Shown here: one piece after another, positions 10,268-19,843 of the stretch
Layout of the letters: every line of letters begins with the position of its first letter
Numbering within the stretch: position 1 is the first letter of the stretch
Origin: a virus
Taxonomy: Duplodnaviria; Heunggongvirae; Uroviricota; Caudoviricetes
Length of the DNA: 53,925 bases
Strand: one strand, 5' to 3'
Virus record (IMG/VR): IMGVR_UViG_3300017971_007904
Position numbers and translations under genes: made by a program
Notes under the pieces: model-generated
Told to the model about the DNA's origin: nothing
The model's database searches: none
Seen by the model: only the letters and a program-made list of their open reading frames with translations

Positions 10268-10848
10268 ATTGGTTTACAGCAGATACCCACGCATTTCACG
10301 CCAACATCATCAAGCATTGCCACCGCCCGTTTGACTCTGTCGAGGAGATGAATGAAACTCTAATTGATCATATCAACGAGCGGGTCGGTGAGAATGATAC
10401 GTTGTATCACTTGGGGGACTTCTCCTTTGGGCCGAGACGATCAATAGAGATACAAATGGAGAGAGCGGTTGAGTTCCGCAAAGCAATTAAGTGCAAACGC
10501 ATTGTGCTGATTGAGGGGAACCACGACCACCTCACACCCGTTCCCCAGTTCAGACGGTTGTTTGACCGAATCCACCCCATGCTCCAGATACATGACACCA
10601 CAACCAATCAGAAGATTGTGCTGTGCCACTTTGCCATGCGTGTGTGGAATGCATCGCATTACGGTCGTTGGCACCTCTATGGTCACAGTCATGGTCGACT
10701 AGAGGAGCAGGAGTTTAGCCAAAACAGCTTTTCATTTGATGTCGGGGTAGATTGCCACGACTTCTACCCGATTAACTCTAATGAGGTAGCAGAGGAAATG
10801 CAGCGCCGCCGTGAGGCTGGTGTTACAGCGCCGTGCCAGACAGATTAG
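10264..10848 (+). CDS. Calcineurin-like metallophosphoesterase
   Basis: FTADTH, HLGDFS, GNHD, LCHF, LYGHSH, DVGVD motifs. Confidence 0.92.
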   Translation: MNWFTADTHAFHANIIKHCHRPFDSVEEMNETLIDHINERVGENDTLYHLGDFSFGPRRSIEIQMERAVEFRKAIKCKRIVLIEGNHDHLTPVPQFRRLFDRIHPMLQIHDTTTNQKIVLCHFAMRVWNASHYGRWHLYGHSHGRLEEQEFSQNSFSFDVGVDCHDFYPINSNEVAEEMQRRREAGVTAPCQTD

Positions 10849-10981
10849 GAGAACATCTTCCGACACATGAAATTCTGCTCATCGGTAAGGAGGATACGGC
10901 TCTTCTAACCATAGAGAACTTTCTCATCTGATTTTACATGCCATCTCCTAAATAGTTTCAGACGCAAACGAAGGGGAAGTC

Positions 10982-11278
10982 ATGTTGAAATCGATTCATG
11001 AGTTTAGGGAGGCTCAACCGGCACAGCAACCAGCAGGTGGGCTTGAGAAGACGGCAATGCCTTACGCAGCGAGGAAACTAAGTGCTCTTGCTGGGGCAGG
11101 CAGCCAGATTGATCCCAATGTCAATGCAGGCTTGAAGCTCTTCGTCCAGAAAGCTGGGGCTCCAGCGGTAGCAGCGTTCTTCAATCAGATCACGGGACTT
11201 TCACAGGCCGAATTGGGTAAGTGGAATACTTACCTCCAGCAGTTGGCAACAGACCCCGTTCAACAAGCGGGGGCTTAG
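10982..11278 (+). CDS. Hypothetical protein with weak capsid-targeting-like N-terminus
   Basis: MLKSIHEFREA; TAAATA box at 10949-10954. Confidence 0.65.
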   Translation: MLKSIHEFREAQPAQQPAGGLEKTAMPYAARKLSALAGAGSQIDPNVNAGLKLFVQKAGAPAVAAFFNQITGLSQAELGKWNTYLQQLATDPVQQAGA

Positions 11279-11596
11279 GTGAGACGAAATTTTCACACTT
11301 GGCTTGAAGCCATCGAAAAAACAGTACCGCCAGCGGTAGAAGAAGATAGCATTCCCATTCGCTTGAGCTATGCTGTGTACAACGTATTCCAACAGTATTG
11401 GGAAGGACAAGGCGATCCCCTTTACGCTGTCCTTTCCCGTCGAGGTGACAGCGTCGATTTCGTCGTTGTCTATGCATCCCCAGAGGAGGCCGAGAGACTA
11501 AAAGAGGTCGCTCAGGAAATTCTTCGTACCTCTGACGATGACGGCCATATCGCTACCGCTAGGTCGCTCCTCAAAGAGTTAGATTGGCTCGACTGA
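11279..11596 (+). CDS. Hypothetical protein with capsid-targeting-like N-terminus
   Basis: GTG start, MRRNFHTWLEA. Confidence 0.7.
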   Translation: MRRNFHTWLEAIEKTVPPAVEEDSIPIRLSYAVYNVFQQYWEGQGDPLYAVLSRRGDSVDFVVVYASPEEAERLKEVAQEILRTSDDDGHIATARSLLKELDWLD

Positions 11597-11613
11597 AAAA
11601 AATTCGATCTAAC

Positions 11614-11645
11614 ACCGAACATTTTCCTGCGCCAAGCGTCTATTC
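11614..11645 (+). promoter_or_regulatory. Bipartite ECF-sigma-like promoter candidate
   Basis: ACCGAACATTT-N11-GCGTCTATT; same two blocks recur at 27092-27124. Confidence 0.5.
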
Positions 11646-11710
11646 TATTCTAGGGGTTTAATAACCTCACTTTGCTGAAACCATTTGTTCAGATGAAAAG
11701 GGGAAATATC

Positions 11711-13432
11711 ATGGTTAACAGGAATCTCTTCAAGAGTGCGTCTCCACGGGATGTTATTAAGAATGAGGCGGGCGGTGTCGCCTACAAGATGTCCGCCAAG
11801 CATGCGCTCGCACAGTACGCTTTCACCGGTACTCTCGCAAACACTTTCTACATCGGTGCCCAAGCGCAACTGGATGCTGTTCTGAAGCTCTGTAAGGAGT
11901 GCGACCCAGAATACGTCGCTAAGACGGCTATTGCCGCACGTAAGGGCTACATGAAGGACATGCCAGCCATGCTGGCTGCCTACCTGCACGCTACCGATCC
12001 GAAGCTCCTGGCTAAGGTCTTTGACCGCATTATCAACAACGGTCTAATGCTGAAGAAGTTCGTCCAGATCGTTAGGTCTGGAGTCACCGGGAGGAGAGGT
12101 TTCGGTTCTACCACAAAGCGAACCATTCGGAAGTGGTTCGATGGCCGAACCGACGTACAACTGATGTACGACAACATCGGTGGTGGTAAGGCTGTATCCC
12201 TGGAGCACATCCTCCGGATGGTTCGGCCAAAGCCAAAGGACAAGACTCGGTCTGCGATGTACGCATGGATTCGTGGTGCAAAGATCACGGAAGGTACGTT
12301 GATCCAGCCAGTCCGGTTCAAGACTGAGGATGGGACCTTCAAGGAGGAGGAGCGATGCTACAACTTCGCCGACCTCCCAGAGCGCCTCCGACTGTGGGAA
12401 GCCTACAAGGCTCATCCAGATGAGTTCGAGTACCCACCGAAGGTGCCATTCCGAATGCTCACCAGCCTCAAGCTGGGAACTAAGGAGTGGACAGGTATCG
12501 CCAAGAATATGTCCTGGGATGAACTGCGCCAAAACCTCGTGACACTCAACCGTCACGGCGTTTTCGACAGCCCTGACATGGTGAAGCAGGTATGTGACCG
12601 GCTGCGAAGTCCTGAGGAAATCGCCAAGGCCAACGTCTTCCCATACCAACTTCTGGCAGCTTACCTGAACACAGGTCCTACGCCGACCGGTTACGGTTGG
12701 ACAACAAGCTACTGGAACACCATGGGTCAACATGACGCCAAGGGTAAGGAAGCCGATAGGATCAAGGTCCCGAAGGAACTGCGGTACGCTTTGGAAGCAG
12801 CCTTGGAAGAGGCTGTCAAGAACGTACCAACAGTCGAAGGGAAGGTCTTCATCTGTCCGGATACGAGCGGATCGATGGGTTACCCGATCACCGGCGACCG
12901 CTACCACTATGGTAAGCCGCCTGCAACTAAGGTGCGATGCGTTGACGTGGCCGGTCTAATCACCGCTGCGATCCTGCGTAGAAACCCACGGGCTGCGGCA
13001 TTGCCATTCTCCACGAGAGTGCATGATGTCGAGCTTCACCCAATGGCCAGCGTTATGCAAAACGCTGAGAAATTCACGTCCTTGGGTGGTGGTGGTACCA
13101 GTTGTAGCGAACCACTTCGTGTGTTGAACGGCCTCAACGCCGAGGGTGATGTTGTTGTCTTCGTGAGTGACTACGAGTCCTGGTCTGACCCACGAGGTAA
13201 CAGCGGTACTGCCATGATGCAGCAGTGGAACCGGTTCAAGGTCCGGAACCCACAGGCGAAGTTGATCTGTATCGACTTGACCCCACGGGGTAACAAGCAG
13301 GTACGGTCACACCCCGATATCCTGCATATTGGAGGCTTCTCCGATCAGGTCTTCAATATCATGAGGGACTTCGTCGAGGGCGAACTTGGTCCTGAGCAGT
13401 GGATCGGCACAATCAAGGAAGTATCCTTGTAA
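11711..13432 (+). CDS. TROVE domain protein (Ro60/Rsr-like RNA-binding protein)
   Basis: N-terminal NEAGGVAY...HALAQYAFTGT; vWA MIDAS-like DTSGSMG; GGGGTS and SDYESW; C-terminal GGFSDQVF. Confidence 0.93.
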   Translation: MVNRNLFKSASPRDVIKNEAGGVAYKMSAKHALAQYAFTGTLANTFYIGAQAQLDAVLKLCKECDPEYVAKTAIAARKGYMKDMPAMLAAYLHATDPKLLAKVFDRIINNGLMLKKFVQIVRSGVTGRRGFGSTTKRTIRKWFDGRTDVQLMYDNIGGGKAVSLEHILRMVRPKPKDKTRSAMYAWIRGAKITEGTLIQPVRFKTEDGTFKEEERCYNFADLPERLRLWEAYKAHPDEFEYPPKVPFRMLTSLKLGTKEWTGIAKNMSWDELRQNLVTLNRHGVFDSPDMVKQVCDRLRSPEEIAKANVFPYQLLAAYLNTGPTPTGYGWTTSYWNTMGQHDAKGKEADRIKVPKELRYALEAALEEAVKNVPTVEGKVFICPDTSGSMGYPITGDRYHYGKPPATKVRCVDVAGLITAAILRRNPRAAALPFSTRVHDVELHPMASVMQNAEKFTSLGGGGTSCSEPLRVLNGLNAEGDVVVFVSDYESWSDPRGNSGTAMMQQWNRFKVRNPQAKLICIDLTPRGNKQVRSHPDILHIGGFSDQVFNIMRDFVEGELGPEQWIGTIKEVSL

Positions 13433-13443
13433 TTTGTGGCTTT

Positions 13444-13481
13444 AACCACCACCTGCGGCACCGCCGCAGGTGGTGGTTTTT
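13444..13481 (+). terminator. Rho-independent terminator
   Basis: aaccaccacctgcgg-cac-cgccgcaggtggtggtt plus U-tract. Confidence 0.85.
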
Positions 13482-13495
13482 CTATGCGCATTCCC

Positions 13496-13523
13496 TCAAG
13501 TTTTACCCCTATATTGTCGATAC
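13496..13523 (+). promoter_or_regulatory. Sigma-28-like promoter candidate
   Basis: TCAAGTTT-N12-GTCGATAC, one of four same-spaced copies. Confidence 0.55.
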
Positions 13524-13548
13524 AAGGATAGGGAGAAAAGGTGAATTT

Positions 13549-13746
13549 ATGCTGAAAAATAGCTATGACGAATGCGCCGATCTGCTGAGTAAGGAGTTCC
13601 CTGACGAGTTTGATCTGGAAGACGCAATCAAGCTGCTGACGGAGAAAGGTGAGGAGGAGAATGATGTGAGGTTTCTCCTAGCGTCACTCATGAAGAATGG
13701 TCATTTAGACTATGTAGGTACCAGGGGATATGGGTGGGTAAGATGA
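13549..13746 (+). CDS. Hypothetical protein
   Basis: AAGGTG SD, 65 aa. Confidence 0.6.
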   Translation: MLKNSYDECADLLSKEFPDEFDLEDAIKLLTEKGEEENDVRFLLASLMKNGHLDYVGTRGYGWVR

Positions 13747-13961
13747 CTAAATGGGCTGCAACTCCACAAGACCCAATTATCATTCGGTACGAAGATGGAA
13801 CCGTTGCAACGGTTACAAGGTCAATGTTGGCTTTCAATATGGCGGGGCAATGCATCGCTATGGGCAGGTTCAATTTCCTAACCCGCAGGTACGAAGACAG
13901 AGTGTGTGAGGTAATAAAGGACGCAGTGGTAGAGAAGTGGTTGGGAAGTGGGGTGAGATGA
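13743..13961 (+). CDS. Hypothetical protein
   Basis: Coupled ORF. Confidence 0.55.
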   Translation: MTKWAATPQDPIIIRYEDGTVATVTRSMLAFNMAGQCIAMGRFNFLTRRYEDRVCEVIKDAVVEKWLGSGVR

Positions 13962-14012
13962 AACGTGACTTATGGATAATCTGGGCATCACGCTTTTCGC
14001 AAGGGAACGTGG

Positions 14013-15137
14013 TTAAGCCGCCACCTGTTGCAGCGGCGTATAGGTGATCCCGTAATTTGCCAGTCTTGGTTGATTCAGGTGGCTGAAGACAGTCCTTACG
14101 ATCCAAGGCCCGACGTTGCTAACTTTCACCTCCCCTTGCTTGATGGCGGCCTGTGCTCGTTCCAAGTCTTCCTTTGAGACAACAACGTGGCTATCTGATA
14201 CGTATTCCTTACCCTGCATCGTGAATTTGAAGAACTCGTTGTAGGGGTCGGACCCCCCGATCTGTTTTAGCCCCGTCACCGCCCCTCCCAAGAGATATTT
14301 CATTTTGAGCAGCTTCGATGACATTCTCCCTGTATCCAGTTCCGCACCTAAGAAGTCTCCGAGGTCGAGGATATAGCGGTGATATTTACTTTTGACTGCT
14401 GTACTTGCCATTCCCTCTTCGCTGCTGAGTCTGTTTTCATTAGGGGAGTAGGTGACGACTACGTGTGGCTTGTTATTGGGATCGAATAGGGCTAGGAGGG
14501 TCCGGTCATCATCCGTGCTCATTAGACCAACGCTACCACAATTCTTCATCAGGTGTCCCACAAGGTGGCACTTTCTTCCTGCATCGATCCATTTGAAGCC
14601 GTTTCGGTAAGTCTTCAACGGTTCTGTTTCGTCAAAGATTCTCTCGGAGTCATATTTGTGCTGAGCATCCCAGAAGTTGAGTTTCTTGTAGGGGGCTATA
14701 TTGGTGAGCTTTCCGTTGGTGATGTCTTGAATGATGTCATTGTATTTGAAGAAGCCGTCATCGAAGAAGCGGGCTTTGATCTGCCTTCTCAGGGCTTCCC
14801 TCTGCTCCTTCAAGTAGATGTCATCATAGACCCAATCCTCGTCACGTTTAAGTTCGAGCTTATCGAGCGCAGCTTTGTACTCCTCCGGACTTTTGGTAGC
14901 CCCATAGAGAAGCGTCAGATCGAACAGAGAGGGTGTCTGGCGGTAGTCGCCGGTCACTTGAAGCCACCAGTTCTTCGGCGGGTCAGGCCGGGAAAACTTG
15001 TAATCTCGAAACCACTTAGCAATCGTGAAAGCGTTCTTATCGTATTGCTCATGGAGTAGAGAAGCAATCACTTCTGGGTAGTTCAACCCTATGATGCTCT
15101 GCTTAGACTCGTTTAATAACCATTCTTTGAATCGCAT
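14013..15137 (-). CDS. Hypothetical protein with capsid-targeting-like N-terminus
   Basis: MRFKEWLLNES; internal GHLMKNCG resembles the PcfJ-like motif. Confidence 0.8.
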   Translation of the reverse strand: MRFKEWLLNESKQSIIGLNYPEVIASLLHEQYDKNAFTIAKWFRDYKFSRPDPPKNWWLQVTGDYRQTPSLFDLTLLYGATKSPEEYKAALDKLELKRDEDWVYDDIYLKEQREALRRQIKARFFDDGFFKYNDIIQDITNGKLTNIAPYKKLNFWDAQHKYDSERIFDETEPLKTYRNGFKWIDAGRKCHLVGHLMKNCGSVGLMSTDDDRTLLALFDPNNKPHVVVTYSPNENRLSSEEGMASTAVKSKYHRYILDLGDFLGAELDTGRMSSKLLKMKYLLGGAVTGLKQIGGSDPYNEFFKFTMQGKEYVSDSHVVVSKEDLERAQAAIKQGEVKVSNVGPWIVRTVFSHLNQPRLANYGITYTPLQQVAA

Positions 15138-15141
15138 ACCG

Positions 15142-15147
15142 TATATA
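15142..15147. promoter_or_regulatory. Palindromic TATATA late-promoter-like box serving two divergent genes
   Basis: 4 nt from minus-strand ATG (15137) and 5 nt from plus-strand ATG (15153). Confidence 0.55.
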
Positions 15148-15152
15148 GCACT

Positions 15153-15491
15153 ATGAACTTCAAACAGTGGTTATCTGAAGCGACAATGACGGTTTACCGG
15201 GGTGTTGGATCACAAGGTTGGTCTGAGATGCGGCCAAGTGAAGGGGGCGTTTATGGTCCTGGCATCTACTTCTACGACAACCCAATGGATGCTAAGGCGT
15301 ACTCAACGCCCGGAGGTGGCATCATCGTTGCGGAGGTCGATCCTGATGACCCCGATGTCACAGTGACAGAGAAGGAGCCGGTCACTGTGCTGGGAACGGA
15401 TCATGTAATCCGCCACAGGCGTATTATCACTGTGAAAGACCCGAACAAGGTACGGATCGTCGACCGGATACCAAATGAAGAGGTAGAATGA
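15153..15491 (+). CDS. Capsid-targeted ADP-ribosyltransferase-like protein
   Basis: MNFKQWLSEA; VYRG...GPGIYF...AKAYS pattern. Confidence 0.6.
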   Translation: MNFKQWLSEATMTVYRGVGSQGWSEMRPSEGGVYGPGIYFYDNPMDAKAYSTPGGGIIVAEVDPDDPDVTVTEKEPVTVLGTDHVIRHRRIITVKDPNKVRIVDRIPNEEVE

Positions 15492-16099
15492 TATCCGAAA
15501 GTCACAAGTTCATCTTCGTTCACATCACGAAGACCGCTGGCGTGAGCATCAGAAGTGCCCTGCGTAGTTGTGCCTCCCCATATCCAAAAGGTCTATGGGA
15601 GACGAAGCCGGTCCACTCTCAGTACAAGGAATACGCCAGAGCAGTGGATATCTCGAAATACTATGTCTTTGCTTGCGTCCGCAACCCGTGGACCAGATTG
15701 GTATCCCTGTATTGCTACTGGCGGGCCGGGACGGGTGCCCACCCTCACAACCATGGCATCGATGCGTTGACGAGAAAGGTGTCTTTTAGGAACTGGGTGA
15801 GCTACATTTCCAAGCTGACCGATGGTGAGTCACCAATAGACTACCGGCATATCCGTAACCAGTGCGAATGGTTGGAAGGCGAGGGCGGTCAGATCAATCT
15901 CGACAGGATCATACGTTTTGAGGAGCTACCGAAGGGTTTCGCCCAGGTTTGTGCCGATTTGAATCTCCACAAGAAGTTACCGCACAAGAACAACACAAAG
16001 CACAAAGACTATAGGACCTACTATAATAGCAAGACCCGAGACACGGTAGCCAGGATGTTCAGCAGAGACATTCGGCAGTTTGGCTACACCTTCGACTAA
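15488..16099 (+). CDS. Sulfotransferase family 2 protein
   Basis: FIFVHITKTAGVSI PAPS-binding loop; VRNPWTRLVSLY; RFEEL. Confidence 0.88.
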   Translation: MISESHKFIFVHITKTAGVSIRSALRSCASPYPKGLWETKPVHSQYKEYARAVDISKYYVFACVRNPWTRLVSLYCYWRAGTGAHPHNHGIDALTRKVSFRNWVSYISKLTDGESPIDYRHIRNQCEWLEGEGGQINLDRIIRFEELPKGFAQVCADLNLHKKLPHKNNTKHKDYRTYYNSKTRDTVARMFSRDIRQFGYTFD

Positions 16100-16181
16100 A
16101 TAGGGCGACCACTTTACCGAGAGGATGCTTCCGGAGGAAATTGAAAACCTAACCGGTGTTGTCATTGCCTCTCGATGACAT

Positions 16182-16221
16182 AAAACCACCCCTCGCAATC
16201 GCTTGCGAGGGGTGGTTTTTT
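16182..16221 (+). terminator. Rho-independent terminator
   Basis: aaaaccacccctcgcaa-tcgc-ttgcgaggggtggtttttt. Confidence 0.85.
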
Positions 16222-16258
16222 CATGACCCCGACGCTAAATATCATCGAGAGGTGCAGC

Positions 16259-16888
16259 ATGAAGAAATTCAAAGAGTATGCCGAGGAAAGAGACCAACGG
16301 TTGGACGAGGCTCACGGCGAGTATGTCCCCGACTCCGTAAAGGACCTGATTGTGCAAGCGGCTATTGGCGACAAGTGGGATAACCCCGAACCGATTCCGG
16401 AAATCATGAGACGCTACGGTGTTTCAAGGGGAGTCGTTAATAAGTTGATCCGCCAACGACTAACGCCCAAGCAACGAGAAAAGAGAGACCAGTATTTGCA
16501 AGCTCAATTCTCCCAAGCACAAAGTGAGAGGTTGGCAGGTAGATGGGGTTCAAAAGAAGGTCGAGCCGCCTTAATGAAATCCCTTTCCCCAGCGGAACGC
16601 CAGAGGAAGTTGGGTATGTGGCCGGTTGGTGGTCTCGGTACGGATGTTCCACCGAAGCAATCCGAGGTACCAGAAGAATTTCAATCCAATTATTGGCGTT
16701 GGGTGGCCCGCACGAAGAAGGGTTGGGTAAGGGACAAGCTTCAAAACATTGTTCAGGACCTCCAAAAGCAACTTGCCACTGGGCAACTTGATGTTGATAC
16801 ATTGACGAAGATGATGCGAGCACGTCGAGCCGAACTGACACCGGAACAGCTTGAGGCTATTAAGCAAGTTCTACAAACTACCGCCTAA
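16259..16888 (+). CDS. Hypothetical protein with capsid-targeting-like N-terminus and possible HTH
   Basis: MKKFKEYAEE; TAAATA at 16236-16241; GAGGTG SD. Confidence 0.75.
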   Translation: MKKFKEYAEERDQRLDEAHGEYVPDSVKDLIVQAAIGDKWDNPEPIPEIMRRYGVSRGVVNKLIRQRLTPKQREKRDQYLQAQFSQAQSERLAGRWGSKEGRAALMKSLSPAERQRKLGMWPVGGLGTDVPPKQSEVPEEFQSNYWRWVARTKKGWVRDKLQNIVQDLQKQLATGQLDVDTLTKMMRARRAELTPEQLEAIKQVLQTTA

Positions 16889-16926
16889 TTACCTCTACCT
16901 TTCTATCATAAGGTAGAGGTATCAAC

Positions 16927-17106
16927 ATGTCAGACGAACAAGTCAAAGCCCAAGGGATAATGGACTCATTTTTCTTGGACAAGGAAATGATCGATCACAT
17001 CAAAAAGATCGTTATGGCTATCGATCCCAAGAAGGTCAAGGCCATACTGGATCACATCGATACAGACGGCGGCTTGCACGTCAACATAGACGTATCATTC
17101 AAGTAA
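16927..17106 (+). CDS. Hypothetical 59-aa protein (absent from ORF track)
   Basis: GAGGT SD, MSDEQVKAQGIMDSFFLDKEMIDHIKK...VSFK, stop 11 nt before next gene. Confidence 0.6.
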   Translation: MSDEQVKAQGIMDSFFLDKEMIDHIKKIVMAIDPKKVKAILDHIDTDGGLHVNIDVSFK

Positions 17107-17117
17107 AGGCAGGTCTC

Positions 17118-17879
17118 ATGAAAGGTGTAATTCTCGCTGGCGGTAAAGGTACGAGGATGTTGCCCGCAACGAAGGTGATCAATAAGGCGCTTCTTCCGGT
17201 TTATACAGATCAGGGCGCAGTTCCCATGATCTTCTTCCCAATTAACACGTTGGTATCTGCTGGGATCGATGACATCCTAGTCGTTTCGTCCAGAGAACAA
17301 TGCGGTCAGATCATCGGCAACCTGGGTGATGGCACCGAGTTCAACTGTAACTTCACATACAAGATTCAAGATGTCAACTACGTTGAAATGGGAGTGGCCA
17401 GCGCATTGAAGCTCGCCAAAGGTTTCACGAAGGACGAAGACTTCCTTGTCATTTTAGGGGATAACTTCTTTGAGGACAATCTCAAGGCGGCGGCAGGCCC
17501 ACGTCACTCTAAGCCCGGTCGATTCAAAGCGGGCATTTACACTAGAGAAGTTCCTGACCCTGAAAGGTTTGGTGTTGTTTCGAGGGCAGGCGATAGATGG
17601 AAGATTGTCGAGAAACCTAAGAAGCCTGAAACCAATATGGCAGTTGTTGGCTTGTATCATTACACCTCAGATGTGTATAATGTGGCCGAGCAACTTCAAC
17701 TCAGTGAGCGTGGGGAGTTAGAAATCACCGATATCTCCAGTTACTACGCCAAACGTGATGAGTTGGCCGTCAGTCCCATTCTAGGCTACTGGTCCGACAT
17801 GGGCACCCCCGAAAGCCTGATCCGCACCCAGGAGCATATCCTCAAGAGCGGATTCCGGATCACAGCTTTTCATCCGTAA
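17118..17879 (+). CDS. Glucose-1-phosphate thymidylyltransferase (RmlA/SpsI-like)
   Basis: MKGVILAGGKGTRMLP; LGDNFF; IVEKP; SERGELEITD; WSDMGT. Confidence 0.93.
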   Translation: MKGVILAGGKGTRMLPATKVINKALLPVYTDQGAVPMIFFPINTLVSAGIDDILVVSSREQCGQIIGNLGDGTEFNCNFTYKIQDVNYVEMGVASALKLAKGFTKDEDFLVILGDNFFEDNLKAAAGPRHSKPGRFKAGIYTREVPDPERFGVVSRAGDRWKIVEKPKKPETNMAVVGLYHYTSDVYNVAEQLQLSERGELEITDISSYYAKRDELAVSPILGYWSDMGTPESLIRTQEHILKSGFRITAFHP

Positions 17880-17944
17880 ACGCTATTGCCTTAGCCTCGC
17901 AAATTGCCTATACTAACAGTGGCAAGATAAGAAGAGGTGGTAAT

Positions 17945-18238
17945 ATGGTAAAACTCACCCCCGAACAGGTGTGCGAGGTTCCCGAACTCCTCGAACAGGG
18001 CTTTACGGCCCACGAAATCGCCGAGTTGTTCGAGATCACCGTCTATGGCATCAGGAGCGTCATTAGGGACAAGAGATGGGAGAAGTACAAGAGCCCCGAC
18101 GAAACCCCAGGACAAGTCGCCAGATGCCCAGACTGCGGCGGTCTGGTCAAAGATGATCGGAAGCCCTGCATGCCTTGCGACTTCAGGAGAAGGGCCAAGC
18201 TGAAGCGGGAGTTGGCCAAGCTTGAAAACTCCTCTTGA
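17945..18238 (+). CDS. Helix-turn-helix protein with C-terminal CxxC/CxxC
   Basis: GFTAHEIAELFEITVYGIRSV HTH; CPDC and CMPC. Confidence 0.7.
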   Translation: MVKLTPEQVCEVPELLEQGFTAHEIAELFEITVYGIRSVIRDKRWEKYKSPDETPGQVARCPDCGGLVKDDRKPCMPCDFRRRAKLKRELAKLENSS

Positions 18239-18391
18239 TGCATTTTGGCATTAGCCATACAATGGCTCCCGTGTGATGCCAATTTCAGCACTTCCCAATC
18301 GTTTCACCACGTAGCGGAAGGAGATGGCCCGTGAAGACGCCGCACGCCAGAGGACCTCCGGAATAAGATACCCAGCAGGGAAACAAGGAGA

Positions 18392-18430
18392 GCCACCCCC
18401 AGCGGCGAAAGCCGCTGGGGGTGGTGTTTT
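18392..18430 (+). terminator. Terminator-like hairpin in leader of downstream operon
   Basis: gccacccccagcggc-gaaa-gccgctgggggtggt-gtttt. Confidence 0.75.
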
Positions 18431-18467
18431 ATTGGCATTGGTGATTTTCAGGTTTTCGGGTATCCTT

Positions 18468-18827
18468 ATGGTCGACATGAGTATCTACGCTGGTCCCATC
18501 TTCGAGCTAAATCTGGCCTTCGGGAAGAATCCCCTTCTCCGACAATACGCCAACATTTTTGCTATGGCGGTGCCCTCGCACATAGGCTATCCCGACGAAT
18601 ATCCTGATGGAGACCCCTTTTCTGATTTCCTTCCCCCTGTTTGTACCCAAGAACAGTATGATCGGTGTGTGCATCGTGCTATAGTAGTGGTAGATCGTAG
18701 TCGCCCATGGAAAGACGGCCAGAAATACCGAGAGGCTCTCTTGACGTTGCCGGGCGAAGAGTTTGAACGCATGGGCTTTATGGAGGTCTTGGTTCGCATC
18801 ACCGCTGCTCTGGAGGCACGTAAATGA
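18468..18827 (+). CDS. Hypothetical protein
   Basis: Start placed after the terminator hairpin. Confidence 0.6.
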   Translation: MVDMSIYAGPIFELNLAFGKNPLLRQYANIFAMAVPSHIGYPDEYPDGDPFSDFLPPVCTQEQYDRCVHRAIVVVDRSRPWKDGQKYREALLTLPGEEFERMGFMEVLVRITAALEARK

Positions 18828-19840
18828 GTTTCTACCAATGGAAGACCGATTGGGATGACTACAAGGAATTTTGCAAGAGAGTTCGACAACCCCAGAACGT
18901 CAAGACCATAGAGGAGTTCTGGGCTTATCGTGGTAGGCAATGTGCTAGGTACGGCGGTAGCGCCCGCAACGAATCAGAGAGAATTTGGCTGGCACATGGT
19001 TCTCCATATTATAACGTGCATCCAATGTTGGTCGATCAGTTAACGAAGGTTAATCTGGAAAAGGTGCCGACATCTCTGGTAGAGGTACCATGGCCCTTCG
19101 ATGTCGTCAATATCCGACTCGCAAAACAACAAGCTGCACTGACTCTGGATGCCACGGTAACCGCTACCCAGGATGTTGACTGGAAGGTTGAAGATGTACC
19201 AGCAGGAGCTTTCCTTCGGAGCATGTTGATGATTCGGGGTCACGAGAGGATTTTGAAACCTCTTGGTCGACCTGACGTGAAGAACGCCGACCGTTTTGTC
19301 ATCTTCGCATTCGATTTCGATGTTATAGAGATCGAGAACGGTGTGCGGAGCATTGGTTTTGCGCCGTTGTTCTGGGAGTCGGAAGAGGACTCGCTTCAAG
19401 ACTCCATCGACGTGATGATCGACGAGATGAAGGCGAAGTCCGAATCATACAAATCGCTCGTGGAGAATTGCGTCCGCATGGCGATCACCATTGGCTTCTT
19501 AGCCAACAGTCGGGACAGCATGATCGAGCCCGATGTCCTGACGAAAGATAAGGCCAAGTTCAGGGACGCCGATGATGAGCGTCGTAAAGTGTTGGCACAT
19601 CGTGCGTGGCGACGTGGGAAGAAAGGTTTTAATGTTGGTAACGATCTGATGTTCCTTGCTTCGTCTCCCGCTGCTAAAGGGTCGAAGAGTAGCGGCGATG
19701 GGTCGAGGGAATTGCAATATTGTCATATTCGGGGTGGCCACTGTCATGCAGTTCGGTACGGCGAGGGTAAAAAGAAGGTGAAGATCATGTGGTTCCGTCC
19801 CAACCGGGTGCGAGACGACCTTCCGTTCAAACCGGACTAA
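18824..19840 (+). CDS. Hypothetical protein
   Basis: 338-aa ORF; C-terminal HIRGGHCHAVRYG...WFRPNRV of a kind often seen in phage proteins. Confidence 0.75.
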   Translation: MSFYQWKTDWDDYKEFCKRVRQPQNVKTIEEFWAYRGRQCARYGGSARNESERIWLAHGSPYYNVHPMLVDQLTKVNLEKVPTSLVEVPWPFDVVNIRLAKQQAALTLDATVTATQDVDWKVEDVPAGAFLRSMLMIRGHERILKPLGRPDVKNADRFVIFAFDFDVIEIENGVRSIGFAPLFWESEEDSLQDSIDVMIDEMKAKSESYKSLVENCVRMAITIGFLANSRDSMIEPDVLTKDKAKFRDADDERRKVLAHRAWRRGKKGFNVGNDLMFLASSPAAKGSKSSGDGSRELQYCHIRGGHCHAVRYGEGKKKVKIMWFRPNRVRDDLPFKPD

Positions 19841-19843
19841 GGG

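Noticed and set aside
18330-18390. SRP RNA (tccggaa...cagcag)
   Set aside because: The GGAA loop is not closed by the required stem and the symmetric loop of domain IV is absent
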